Position numbers and translations under genes: made by a program. The notes beneath the pieces were generated by a model that was not told the origin of the DNA, made no database searches, and saw only the letters and a list, made by a program, of their open reading frames with translations. A DNA stretch of 64,000 bases from Macrostomum lignano (Eukaryota): positions 248,001 to 312,000 of the forward strand of contig NIVC01000445.1 in assembly GCA_002269645.1 (NCBI GenBank), in the 5' to 3' direction. Numbering within the stretch: position 1 is the stretch's first letter; every line of letters begins with the position of its first letter. Positions 36,051 to 47,349 of this stretch are shown here, piece after piece.

Positions 36051-36843
36051 AAATATCCCACATTAGTTTGCTAGAAATTATTAAATATGAGCAAAGTCGA
36101 CACATTCAGGCCTTAAGATGAAGAAGAAATAAGCCAAAAACTTGAATTGAAGCTATGCTCAATAGGCTTATTGAATTTGTTGGCAAAGCTAGCATTGTAC
36201 AAGCCTTTGGTATATATCCCATTGCATTGCCATGGAAGACATTGTTGATTAAATTGAAAAGTGAAGCATTGTAACAATAATATGTTGTTCATTTGTATTA
36301 ACATTGCATATGACTATTTTAGCAAAGGAAAATTGTTTAGTTTGGGTCTATGGTATATCAAAGAAATAATGATTTATGAATTGAAAAGCAAAGCAAAAAA
36401 TACAAAATCAAAATCAAAAGTTAAATTTTACTTCTTTAACCTATGTAGATAAATACTTAACTAGGATATAGCACTGCTACTTTAGTAGTAATTTTCAGTT
36501 GTATCATTAGTGAATTAGTAACAAAAGCAGAGCTAAATTGCTTTTTATAGTTTATTTTCATAGTTGAAAATTTGATTAAGCTCATAATACATGGTCTCCA
36601 AAGGCTGAGTGTAAACTTTTGAGGCACAGCTCTTTCATAAGAACTATTTATAAACTATTATGGTAAACTAATATTGTGCTAAAAAGTGGTTAACTATTAT
36701 GATACAATAATATCAGCTGGTCAGTTTCATTGGGCTAAGTGTAGTATAGTATAGGTTTCAGTACACCTGCCATTTGGATCATTCAGATCATACAAAACTT
36801 GGTACTAGAATTAATCATATCCTCATGCCATCAATTGTTTTGC

Positions 36844-37281
36844 ATGCCAGTTCGACCAGAGCTCAGCGTCAACCGGCTACGTCGGTTGCTTCAGCCGGCG
36901 CCGGCGGCAGCAGCGACAGACGCCGGTCCGTCGTCAAGGTTCGCAAAGAAGCGCAAAGCGGCCAACGAGACACCAGCGAAGCCAGTTGAATCCGAAGCCA
37001 GCATCGGCGTGGAAACGCCAGTTAAGCGGCAGAAACGGCACAGGCGGAAGCTGTCAAAGAAGCGACTGGAAGCTGCCGCCGCCGCTGAGGAGGCCAGAAA
37101 ACTTGGCTCGGAGAAGTCGGACAAGAACAGACGAAAAAAAGGCGCGGCCGCGGGTGCCCTGATTGGCGGAGGCGAGCAGGGCTTGCTGGCTTCCAAATTT
37201 CGCTATCTAAACGAGCAGTTGTACACGCTGAGTAGTGCGGATGCGTTCGAAATGTTCAAGGCTGATCCTGAGGCTTTTAAA
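36844..37281 (+). CDS. RRP8: Ribosomal RNA-processing protein 8 (nucleomethylin, rRNA m1A methyltransferase), exon 1
   Basis: Basic low-complexity N-terminus, then ASKFRYLNEQLYT..S.DAFEMFKADPEAFK; GT donor at 37282 (phase 0). Start ATG 36844 is inferred. Confidence 0.88.
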
Positions 37282-37334
37282 GTGCGTATCCAAGTGTTCA
37301 GTTATTTAGTCTAGCCTGCTACATCGCTGACTAT

Positions 37335-37680
37335 CCCAGTTCCCCCAACCCCATTCCCCATCTCCCAGCTCCAAACACCCCCATCTCCCAGTTTCCCATT
37401 CCCCATCTCCCAGCTCCAAACACCCCCATCTCCCAGTTTCCCATTCCCCATCTCCAAGCTCCCCACATCCCCATTTTCCATGTCCCAGCTCCCCAAATAC
37501 CTTTCCCCGTCTCCCAGTTCCCCATTTCCCATTCTCCATCTCCCAGCTCCCCACATCCCCATTCCCCATTCCTCATCTCCCAGTTGCCCATTTTCCATTT
37601 CCCATCTCCCAGTTCCCCACATCCCCATTCCCTACCTGCCTACCATTCCACATCAGTTGCCCACACCCCCACTCCCCATC
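37335..37680. repeat. C-rich degenerate tandem repeat filling the RRP8 intron
   Basis: Repeated CCCCATCTCCCAG(C/T)TCC motifs between the GT donor at 37282 and the AG acceptor at 37692-37693. Confidence 0.8.
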
Positions 37681-37693
37681 TCGCTCTCCCCAG

Positions 37694-38236
37694 GTGTACC
37701 ACGCCGGCTACTCGGCGCAGCGGCAGCGCTGGACGGAGGACCCAATCGACTGGGTGGCTAAGCAGTGCCGCCTCGGCCTGCCAGCCGGCAGCTCCGTGCT
37801 GGTGGACTTCGGCTGCGGCGACGCAAGGCTAGCCAGCCGCCTAGAAGGCCACTGCGCCAAGGTGCACAGCCTTGACTTGGTTGCCCTGAACAACCGCGTC
37901 ACTGCTTGCGACATGGCCCGCTGTCCCCTTGGCAACGGCATTGCCCACGGCGCAGTGTTCTGCCTGTCGCTAATGAACGCCAACCTGTCCGACTTCCTGG
38001 CCGAAGCCAGCCGGGTGCTCCGGCTGAACGGCCTGTTGTGCATTGTTGAAGCTCGCAGTCGAATCGAACGAACCCAACGATTTGTTAATCTAATCGAACG
38101 GTTCGGATTTCAATGCCAACGCCGGCGCGAGGACAAGTACTTGGTGTACTTGTTGTTTAATAAAAGTCGCAATAGAAAAGCTGGGGAGCCGCTACCCGAG
38201 CTCAGACTGAAGCCCTGCCTGTATAAGAAGCGCTGA
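37694..38236 (+). CDS. RRP8: RRP8 exon 2 (SAM-dependent methyltransferase domain); total about 326 aa
   Basis: CAG acceptor; VYHAGY, VLVDFGCGDARLA, FCLSLM..N..DFL.EA.RVL and the C-terminal LKPCLYKKR typical of RRP8; AATAAA at 38311-38316. Confidence 0.93.
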   Translation: MYHAGYSAQRQRWTEDPIDWVAKQCRLGLPAGSSVLVDFGCGDARLASRLEGHCAKVHSLDLVALNNRVTACDMARCPLGNGIAHGAVFCLSLMNANLSDFLAEASRVLRLNGLLCIVEARSRIERTQRFVNLIERFGFQCQRRREDKYLVYLLFNKSRNRKAGEPLPELRLKPCLYKKR

Positions 38237-38384
38237 GTCAGTGCCACTGCATGCTAGCTTGTGTTGTTTCCCTTCTGGCAACAGCTTTTCACACTTGCGA
38301 AACCATTTTCAATAAATGCAAATTATTTGTCTAGCCTTGTTGCAAACAGTTTTTATTTCTGGCGTAGGTGGATTCCTAAATTAT

Positions 38385-40415
38385 CCGTAGAATCATCTCA
38401 AACAGCCAAAAGAATCATCACCTTACAGCCCGAAGAATCATCCCCATGCAGTCCCAAGAATCATCCCCTTACAGCCCGAAGAATCATCCCCTTACAGCCC
38501 GAAGAATCATCCCCATGCAGTCCCAAGAATCATCCCCATGCAGTCCCAAGAATCATCCCCATGCAGTCCCAAGAATCATCCCCATGCAGCCCCAAGAATC
38601 ATCAACATGCAGCCCCAAGAATCATCCCTATGCAGTCCCAAGAATCATCAACATGCAGCCCCAAGAATCATCCCTATGCAGTCCCAAGAATCATCAACAT
38701 GCAGCCCCAAGAATCATCAACATGCAGCCCCAAGAATCATCAACATGCAGTCCCAAGAATCATCCCTATGCAGTCCCAAGAATCATCAACATGCAGCCCC
38801 AAGAATCATCAACATGCAGCCCCAAGAATCATCAACATGCAGCCCCAAGAATCATCCCTATGCAGTCCCAAGAATCATCAACATGCAGCCCCAAGAATCA
38901 TCAACATGCAGTCCCAAGAATCATCAACATGCAGCCCCAAGAATCATCAACATGCAGCCCCAAGAATCATCAACATGCAGTCCCAAGAATCATCCCTATG
39001 CAGTCCCAAGAATCATCAACATGCAGCCCCAAGAATCATCAACATGCAGCCCCAAGAATCATCAACATGCAGCCCCAAGAATCATCCCTATGCAGTCCCA
39101 AGAATCATCAACATGCAGCCCCAAGAATCATCAACATGCAGCCCCAAGAATCATCAACATGCAGCCCCAAGAATCATCCCCATGCAGCCCCAAGAATCAT
39201 CCCCATGCAGCCCCAAGAATCATTCCCATGCAGTCCCAAGAATCATCCCCATGCAGCCCCAAGAATCATCCCCATGCAGCCCCAAGAATCATCCCCATGC
39301 AGTCCCAAGAATCATCCCCATGCAGTCCCAAGAATCATCCCCATGCAGTCCCAAGAATCATCCCCATGCAGTCCCAAGAATCATCCCCATGCAGTCCCAA
39401 GAATCATCCCCATGCAGTCCCAAGAATCATCCCCATGCAGTCCCAAGAATCATCCCCATGCAGTCCCAAGAATCATCCCCATACAGCCCCAAGAATCATC
39501 CTCATGCAGTCCCAAGAATCATCCCCATGCAGTCCCAAGAATCATCCCTATGCAATCCCAAGAATCATTACCATGTAGCCCCAAGAATCATCCCCATGCA
39601 GCCCCAAGAATCATCAACATGCAGCCCCAAGAATCATCCCCATGCAGTCCCAAGAATCATCCCCATGCAGCCCCAAGAATCATCAACATGCAGCCCCAAG
39701 AATCATCAACATGCAGCCCCAAGAATCATCCCCATGCAGTCCCAAGAATCATCAACATGCAGCCCCAAGAATCATCAACATGCAGCCCCAAGAATCATCA
39801 ACATGCAGCCCAAGAATCATCCCTATGCAGTCCCAAGAATCATCAACATGCAGCCCCAAGAATCATCAACATGCAGCCCCAAGAATCATCCCTATGCAGC
39901 CCCAAGAATCATCCCTATGCAGTCCCAAGAATCATCCCCATGCAGCCCCAAGAATCATCCCCAAGCAGTCCCAAGAATCATCCCCATGCAGTCCCAAGAA
40001 TCATCCCCATACAGCCCCAAGAATCATCCTCATGCAGTCCCAAGAATCATCCCCATGCAGTCCCAAGAATCATCCCCATGCAGTCCCAAGAATCATTACC
40101 ATGTAGCCCCAAGAATCATCCCCATGCAGCCCCAAGAATCATCCCCATGCAGCCCCAAGAATCATTCCCATGCAGTCCCAAGAATCATCAACATGCAGCC
40201 CCAAGAATCATCCCCATGCAGCCCCAAGAATCATCCCCATGCAGCCCCAAGAATCATCAACATGCAGCCCCAAGAATCATCAACATGCAGCCCCAAGAAT
40301 CATCCCCATGCAGTCCCAAGAATCATCCCCATGCAGTCCCAAGAATCATCCCCTTACAACCCGAAGAATCATCCCCTTACAGCCCGAAGAATCATCCCAT
40401 GCAGCCCCAAGAATC
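38385..40415. repeat. 23-bp minisatellite (AGCCCCAAGAATCATCCCCATGC), about 88 copies, between RRP8 and VAMP7
   Basis: Tandem periodicity; the 23-aa-periodic ORFs in all three frames are its translation. Confidence 0.96.
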
Positions 40416-40479
40416 CAGCCCAACACTTGCCTTTCCTGTCCCCACCCAGTCCCTCAGCTCAGTCGATCGCCGCAGCTGA

Positions 40480-41038
40480 ATGTCGCTATTGAATCCTGGC
40501 TATCACTACGACGGAGACGACGGCAGCTCGGAGGCCGGCGCAGGCGGCGGCCTGCTGTTCGCCGCCGTGGCCCGCGGCACCACCATCCTGGCCAAGCAAG
40601 CTCTGGCTGCCGGCAACTTTGTAGAAGTGACAGAACAAGTTCTGGCCAGAATTACGCCGGAGAATGCCAAGATGAGCCTGTCGCAGGGCGCCTATATGTT
40701 TCATTACGCGTCGGAGGATCGACTGGTGTACTTTTGTGTGACGCCGGACACGTTTGAAAGATCGCGCGCCTTCCTGTTCCTAGCCGACGTTAAACAGCGA
40801 TTTGTGCAGCGCTACGGTAGGCGCGCCCTAACCGCCTTGCCCTACGCTATGAACTCTGAGTTCGCTCATACTCTGGCCCAGCTCATGACTCGCTACTCGG
40901 CGCTAGGCGCCGGCCCTGCTACTGCATCGGACAGCGTCGGCGGCGGTCAAAATCGTCCGTCCATAGAGCGGACTGAACAAATGGACAGGGTTCAGCAGCA
41001 AGTCAGCGAGTTGCAGGGCATCATGGTTAGGAATATCG
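40480..41038 (+). CDS. VAMP7: Vesicle-associated membrane protein 7 (longin R-SNARE), exon 1
   Basis: LLFAAVARGTTILAK, GNFVEVTEQVL, FERSRAFLFL, ALPYAMNSEF and QVSELQGIMVRNI match VAMP7; phase-1 GTTAGT donor at 41039. Confidence 0.95.
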
Positions 41039-41097
41039 GTTAGTATTGGCGCTTGCTTGCCTTTTGTGGCGCTTAATCTTATCGGTTTGGTTATCTA

Positions 41098-41590
41098 TTC
41101 ACCTCAGGTATTCAGGCTCAGGCTGGGCCGCTAATCATCTCAGGTATTCAGGCTCAGGCTGGGCCGCTAATAACCTCAGGTATTCAAGCTCAGGCTGGGC
41201 CACTAATAACCTCAGGTATTCAGGTTCAGGCTGGGCCGCTAATAACCTCAGGTATTCAGGCTCAAGCTTGGCCGCTAATCACCTCAGGTATTCAGGTTCA
41301 GGCTGGGCCGCTAATCACCTCAGGTATTCAAGCTCAGGCTGGGCCGCTAATCACCTCAGGTATTCAGGCTCCGGCTGGGCCGCTAATCACCTCAAGGTAT
41401 TCAAGCTCAGACTGGGCCGCTAATCACCTGAGGTATTCAGGCTCAGGCTGGAAAGCTAATCACCTTAGGTATTCAGGCTGGGCTGGGCGGCTAATCACCT
41501 CAAGGTATTCAGGCTCAGGCTGGGCCGCTAATCACCTCAGGTATTCAGGCTCAGGCTGGGCCGCTAATCACCTCAGGTATTCAGGCAGAC
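41098..41590. repeat. 36-bp intronic minisatellite (CACCTCAGGTATTCAGGCTCAGGCTGGGCCGCTAAT), about 13-14 copies
   Basis: Tandem periodicity. Confidence 0.93.
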
Positions 41591-41624
41591 AAATCCCCAT
41601 CAAGCCCCAACCCGGTTCCCGCAG

Positions 41625-41854
41625 ACTCGCTGGCCACCCGCGGCGAGCGCATCGAGCTTCTAGTTGACAAGGCAGACGAGCTGGCTGGCAGTTCCATCCA
41701 GTTCAGCAGCGCCAGTCGCCGAGTTGCCAGACGCTACTGGTGGCGCAACGCCAAAGTCACCATCGCCCTGGTCATTGCCGTCATTCTCATTCTGTACTTT
41801 ATCGTGTCTGCCGCGTGCGGCGGTTTGGACTGGCCATGCACCAGAAAGAAATAA
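41625..41854 (+). CDS. VAMP7: VAMP7 exon 2 (SNARE motif end, transmembrane helix, CGGLDWPC tail); total 262 aa
   Basis: CAG acceptor; D-SLATRGERIELLVDKA...WWRNAKVTIALVIAVILILYFIVSAACGGLDWPCTRKK*; phases close (559+230 nt). Confidence 0.93.
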
Positions 41855-41959
41855 TTATGCGTTATTGTAGATCGAGTGCAACTGTCCTATTGGGATCTGA
41901 GGGCTTTCGATTTCATGTTGTGATTTATTTTGTCAAGAGCTTATATGGTCTTTTTAAGT

Positions 41960-43700
41960 GAGATTCTATGATCTGGTATTTAATTGGTGAGATTCTAGAG
42001 CTCTGAGATATTATGGGTGAGATTCTAGAGCATTAAAATCTTATAGGTGAGATTCTAGAGCTTTGAAATCTTATAGGTGAGATTCTAGAGCTCTGAAATA
42101 TTATAGGTGAGATTCTAGAGCTCTGAAATATTATAGGTGAGATTCTAGAGCTCTGAAATCTAATGGGTGAGATTCTAGAGCTCTGAAATCTTATAGGTGA
42201 GATTCTAGAGGTCTGAAATCTAATAGGTGAGATTCTAGAGCTCTGAAATCTAATGGGTGAGATTCTAGAGCTCTGAAATATTATGGGTGAGATTCTAGAG
42301 CTCTGAAATATTATGGGTGAGATTCTAGAGCTCTGAAATATTATAGGTGAGATTCCAGACCCCTGAAATCTTATAGGTAAGATTCTAAAGCCCTGAAATC
42401 TTATAGGTGAGATTCTAGAGCTCTGAAATATTATGGGTGAGATTCTAGAGGTCTCAAATATTATAGGTGAGATTCTAGAGCTCTGAAATATTATGGGTGG
42501 GATTCCAGACCCCTGAAATCTTCTAGGTAAGATTCTAAAGCCCTGAAATCTTATAGGTGAGATTCTAGAGCTCTGAAATATTATGGGTGAGATTCTAGAG
42601 GTCTCAAATATTATAGGTGAGATTCTAGAGCTCTGAAATATTATGGGTGAGATTCTAGAGCTCTGAAATATTATGGGTGAGATTCTAGAGCTCTGAAATA
42701 TTATGGGTGAGATTCTAGAGCTCTGAAATATTATGGGTGAGATTCTAGAGCTCTGAAATATTATGGGTGAGATTCTAGAGCTCTGAAATATTATGGGTGA
42801 GATTCTAGAGCTCTGAAATATTATGGGTGAGATTCTAGAGCTCTGAAATATTATGGGTGAGATTCTAGAGCTCTGAAATATTATGGGTGAGATTCTAGAG
42901 CTCTGAAATATTATGGGTGAGATTCTAGAGCTCTGAAATATTATGGGTGAGATTCTAGAGCTCTGAAATATTATGGGTGAGATTCTAGAGCTCTGAAATA
43001 TTATAGGTGAGATTTTAGAGCTCTGAAATCTTATAGGTGAGATTCTAGAGCTCTGAAATATTATGGGTGAGATTCTAGAGCTCTGAAATATTATGGGTGA
43101 GATTCTAGAGCTCTGAAATATTATGGGTGAGATTCTAGAGCTCTGAAATATTATGGGTGAGATTCTAGAGCTCTGAAATATTATGGGTGAAATTCTAGAG
43201 CACTGAAATATTATGGGTGAGATTCTAGAGCTCTGAAATATTATAGGTGAGATTTTAGAGCTCTGAAATCTTATAGGTGAGATTCTAGAGCTCTGAAATA
43301 TTATGGGTGAGATTCTAGAGCTCTGAAATATTATGGGTGAGATTCTAGAGCTCTGAAATATTATAGGTGAGATTCCAGACCCCTGAAATCTTATAGGTAA
43401 GATTCTAAAGCCCTGAAATCTTATAGGTGAGATTCTAGAGCTCTGAAATATTATGGGTGAGATTCTAGAGGTCTCAAATATTATAGGTGAGATTCTAGAG
43501 CTCTGAAATATTATGGGTGAGATTCTAGAGCTCTGAAATCTTATAGGTGAGATTCTAGAGCTCTGAAATCTTATAGGTGAAATTCTAGAGCTCTGAAATA
43601 TTATGGGTGAGATTCTAGAGCTCTGAAATCTTATAGGTAAGATTCTAGCCCTGAAATCTAATGGGTGAGATTCTAGAGCTCTGAAATCTTATAGGTGAAA
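41960..43700. repeat. 30-bp satellite (GATTCTAGAGCTCTGAAATATTATGGGTGA), about 57 copies
   Basis: Tandem periodicity; homogeneous core ~42620-43000. Confidence 0.96.
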
Positions 43701-44449
43701 TTCAAGTGTTTTGCAGTCACACGGGCAAGAATCCTGTGATCTGGATTTTGAATTTGGGGAGGTCAGATTCTGAAAATTTGTATTGTCGACTATTGGTGAG
43801 ATTTTAAATAGTTAGACCTACTTAGTTATTAGTTAAATGGTTAGACCTAGTGTTGGGATGCTCGTGCATGCAGGAGACCAATAAGTTTTTCTCATTTACG
43901 AGTATTATTTCATCTCGCAGTTAACTGATTTGATACCTGTTAATATTGTTGGACCGCTTACATTATATTCATATAATAGGCATTAACTAAGTCTATGTCA
44001 GTAATTAATCTTACTAGTGCCTGAAGTTATGCTTATTGCAAAATCTGTACATTTACATTGTGAACTAGCCTGTCTGATTTGCATGTCTGTCATAATGTAG
44101 TTAACAGTTGCCGTCTTTCTATACTCAAGTTGAGCACTGCGCTCCCAGTTTACTGTTCAAAGTAAACTGTTTGATTGATTACATAATTAATGATGTCTTT
44201 TTCGGATTGGTCTTGTCGGCTCAGAATCTCGTAGTTATATTTATGAATTTTCAGCTCTAAAATGAGACCCCATGTTTATTAGATTTAGGTGAATTCTTTC
44301 TTTGACTGCAGCAGAAATAAGCTTTGTTTACAGACAGATGAAGACGCAGATGAAGCCAAGGGGCAGATGCTGTCTCTCTTCTAAAAGCAATTTCTGTCTA
44401 ATGGTTGTAGCTCCTGTGCTCAGTGCTCAAATCGAACTCTGTGTTCGAC

Positions 44450-44795
44450 AAATAAAATTTACAGATGTTTCTGTCTGTCGGTATGCAACTGTGCACCCTG
44501 GTGCACTTTAAGCGACATTGTCACAACCGGCGAGAGGCATTACTGCCCATTCAGCCGACTCCCCTGAGCAGGCACACAAGCGCGCGGATACGTACGCAGT
44601 CATACGCACACTCACACAGGAGTGTACAGCGGCCCTAACTTTATTTATCGTTAGGCATGTACACTTCACTGCGTGTAGAGAATTGCACGAGCAGAGCCAA
44701 GCCGAGATTCCAATATAGTCCGAAATTATGTGACTGCACTTGGAATCGAGCCATAGGCACATCAGAGCGCCGCGCTGGACCACTAAGGCTACGCC
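44450..44795 (-). mobile_element. tRNA-headed SINE-like element
   Basis: Minus-strand A box TAGCCTTAGTGG (44780-44791) and B box GGCTCGATTCC (~44742-44752), then a GC-rich body with a hairpin domain shared with 57110-57180. The 3' boundary is approximate. Confidence 0.55.
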
Positions 44796-45293
44796 CCCCC
44801 CCCCCCAATATGAGAATGGAGATTAGTAAGGTGTGACAAAATTTTTAGATGATTAACACCCGAAACCAGTTCACGAGGACAAATCAACAGTATAGAGATT
44901 ACGAGTTATTTAGAATAGATTTATTTTACTATGCATGTGTCACTCAGTTTTGTTTACATCTCAGTTTGCGAGATTATTTGTATTGGTGCGGTGAACATTT
45001 ATTTTATATGATATCCCATTTTTGCTTCTCTGCATATCGGTTTCTATGCTGTTTAAATTGCATCTGTATTATTCAGCGGAATAATAGTTATGCTATATAT
45101 AAATTTATCATTGTTATTTTTATACTCTAATGTCAACTCGTTCGTTCGTTTACAACAATATATGTACAAGCTTCACATTACGGATGAGGCGGTAAATTTT
45201 CGCGTGATTATAAAATTATTTTTATACTGCTCTTTGTTGCCGCTTTTCTCTTTGTCTGGCTTGCGCGTTTTCAGCCCAAATGGTTGAAATGAC

Positions 45294-45455
45294 CCTGTCT
45301 GTCTGCCTGCCTGCCTATCTGTCTGTCTGTCTGCCTGCCTGTCTATCTGTCTGTCTGCCTGTCTTTCTGTCTGTCTGTCTGCCTGCCTGTCTATCTGTCT
45401 GTCTGTCTGCCTGCCTGTCTATCTGTCTGTCTGCCTGTCTGTCTGTCTGTCTGTG

Positions 45456-45492
<37 letters not shown>

Positions 45493-45591
45493 GCCTGCCT
45501 GTCTGTCTGTCTGTCTGCCTGCCTGTCTATCTGTCTGTCTGCCTGTCTGTCTGTCTGTCTGTCTGCCTGCCTGTCTATCTGTCTGTCTGCC

Positions 45592-45624
<33 letters not shown>

Positions 45625-45637
45625 GCCTGCCTGTCTA

Positions 45638-45668
<31 letters not shown>

Positions 45669-45785
45669 GCCTGCCTGTCTATCTGTCTGTCTGCCTGTCC
45701 GTCTGTCTGCCTGTCTGTCGTCTGTCTGTCTGTGTCTACCTGCCTGTCTGTCTTTCTGTCGATCTACCTGTTGGTGTCTGTCTGC
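45294..45785. repeat. (CTGT/CTGC/CTAT)n microsatellite
   Basis: Direct inspection. Confidence 0.95.
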
Positions 45786-46128
45786 TTACCCAAATGTAGA
45801 TCCCAAATATATAACTTCAATTTACAGCATCACAGAGAGTAGCGAGTGGTTTAGATCGTACGACAGGTATTACTTATATGTAGGTAGCATTTATAATCTG
45901 CGATAATAAAGCATACTAATAATTATAAAAAACCTGTGCTAATCAGGCATAGTCGGTCATTTTTGTAGCGGGCAGTCGCAGACCCCGTTACGGAAGCATA
46001 AATTGAAAATTGGAAAATCAATGTCAATCAATGGAGTGAATGGTTCGAGTTAGTGCATAAGAATTCCATAATAGCAGAGCATTTACACCCACATATGTGC
46101 CTAGTCTACTATATATTACTTTTCTACT

Positions 46129-46196
46129 CATTCGTGGATTCGAGCCCGCGTCCTTTGGCACAGAAAAGATGAGCCGTTCTGCCGCCACGAGGTTCC
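46129..46196 (-). other. Degenerate tRNA-like/SINE head
   Basis: Minus strand TGGCGGCAGAACGG ... GGGCTCGAATCC with A/B-box spacing. Confidence 0.35.
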
Positions 46197-46597
46197 AATT
46201 AAATGATATTGATGGATGAACAGTGCAGAATAAAACTAACTACTAGCATCTAGTAGCTAATAAGCGTTTGAAATTTAATTAAAAATGCCATCAAATGAGG
46301 CAAAAATGAGCATTGTTTGATAGTTCATTTGCGTAAATATATGATTAAGTTTAAAGTACTTTAGTATTTGAATAATAATTTGCTTCTGAGTTATCTGTTT
46401 TGCTCTGTTGATGACCTGTTAAAAATGTCAGATTAGCTCAAATTATGGTCTACACTTAAACCTTTGAAAGCCGATTATGATTACTCGTAAGTTTAACGGT
46501 TAAAGTCGTTAATCGTAAACAGAAATCTGATATTTGAATTTTTAATTGGCAAGAAAACAAGCTTCTACTGAAGCTTATGAAACTTACCTATACATTT

Positions 46598-46890
46598 AAG
46601 TGTCAGGTCTGTAGCTTACTCGTATTAGTGTCAGGTCTGTAGCTTATTAGTGTCAGTTCTGTAGCTTACTCGTATTAGTGTCAGGTCTGTAGCTTTTTAG
46701 TGTCAGGTCTGTAGCTTATTAGTGTCAGCTCTTTAGCTTATTAGTGTCAGGTCTGTAGCTTATTAGTGTCAGGTCTGTAGCTTATAGTGTCAGGTCTGTA
46801 ATTAGTGTCAGCTCTTTAGCTTATTAGTTTCAGGTCTGTAGCTTTTGAGTGTCAGCTCTGTAGCTTATTAGTGTCAGGATCGTAGCTTAA
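46598..46890. repeat. 22-bp tandem repeat (TATTAGTGTCAGGTCTGTAGCT) just 3' of the GABBR2-like stop codon
   Basis: About 12-13 imperfect copies. Confidence 0.88.
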
Positions 46891-46978
46891 AAGGGTAAGA
46901 ATTATAACGCATGAGTGCCAGGATCATAAGCTTGTGGTTGTCAGGACTGCCGCAAACAGTGTCAGGACTGCCGCAGTG

Positions 46979-47259
46979 TCAGATGTACCCGTCTGGCGAG
47001 TCGGCAATCAGAGGCTGACCGGACTGGCTGGCCCGGATTCGGCCGCAGGCTACTCGTACGGAGAAGACCTCCTGTTGTTGTCCGAGGCGCATCTGCTCCG
47101 TGGCGCCATCCTCCGCGCTTGTAGTCGCCGCCGAGGCCGCTGCCGGTGGCGTCTCGTCGACTTCAACAACACGATGGAGTCGGGAGGTGGCAGTCCGATA
47201 GCGACGAGATTGACGATGATACGACGGCAGCAGGCGGCGGAGCCATCCGACGAAAACGC
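46979..47259 (-). CDS. GABBR2: GABA-B receptor 2-like, predicted last exon (GVFVGWLRRLL...DSPDGYI*)
   Basis: Pyrimidine-rich AACAG acceptor, 93 codons in phase 1 ending at TGA 46979-46981, GC-rich. No recognisable homology, so the assignment rests on phase logic. Confidence 0.5.
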
Positions 47260-47349
47260 CTGTTAAGGATGGGTGAGGAGTTTGGTGGTTGAGCAGTGCT
47301 GAGACTGTACTTCCGTGATGCTTCTGCCCGGTTTCGAGTTAGTTTAGTC

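Noticed and set aside
38261-40492. 743-aa, 677-aa and 346-aa ORFs as a repetitive protein gene
   Set aside because: Open in all three frames because the 23-bp monomer lacks stops; the 23-aa period equals three monomers; no domain or splice logic.
44633-44640. Telomerase RNA template (CCCTAAC) or SECIS element in the hairpin domain
   Set aside because: Only 7 nt, the second copy reads CCCTGAC, and no pseudoknot is evident; the AUGA/GA quartet of SECIS is absent.
45280-45906. ORFs over (CTGT)n, (GACA)n and (AACC)n tracts (also 58487-59063 and 63060-63712)
   Set aside because: Microsatellite translations (VCLS, DRQT, LVGW) with no coding signal.
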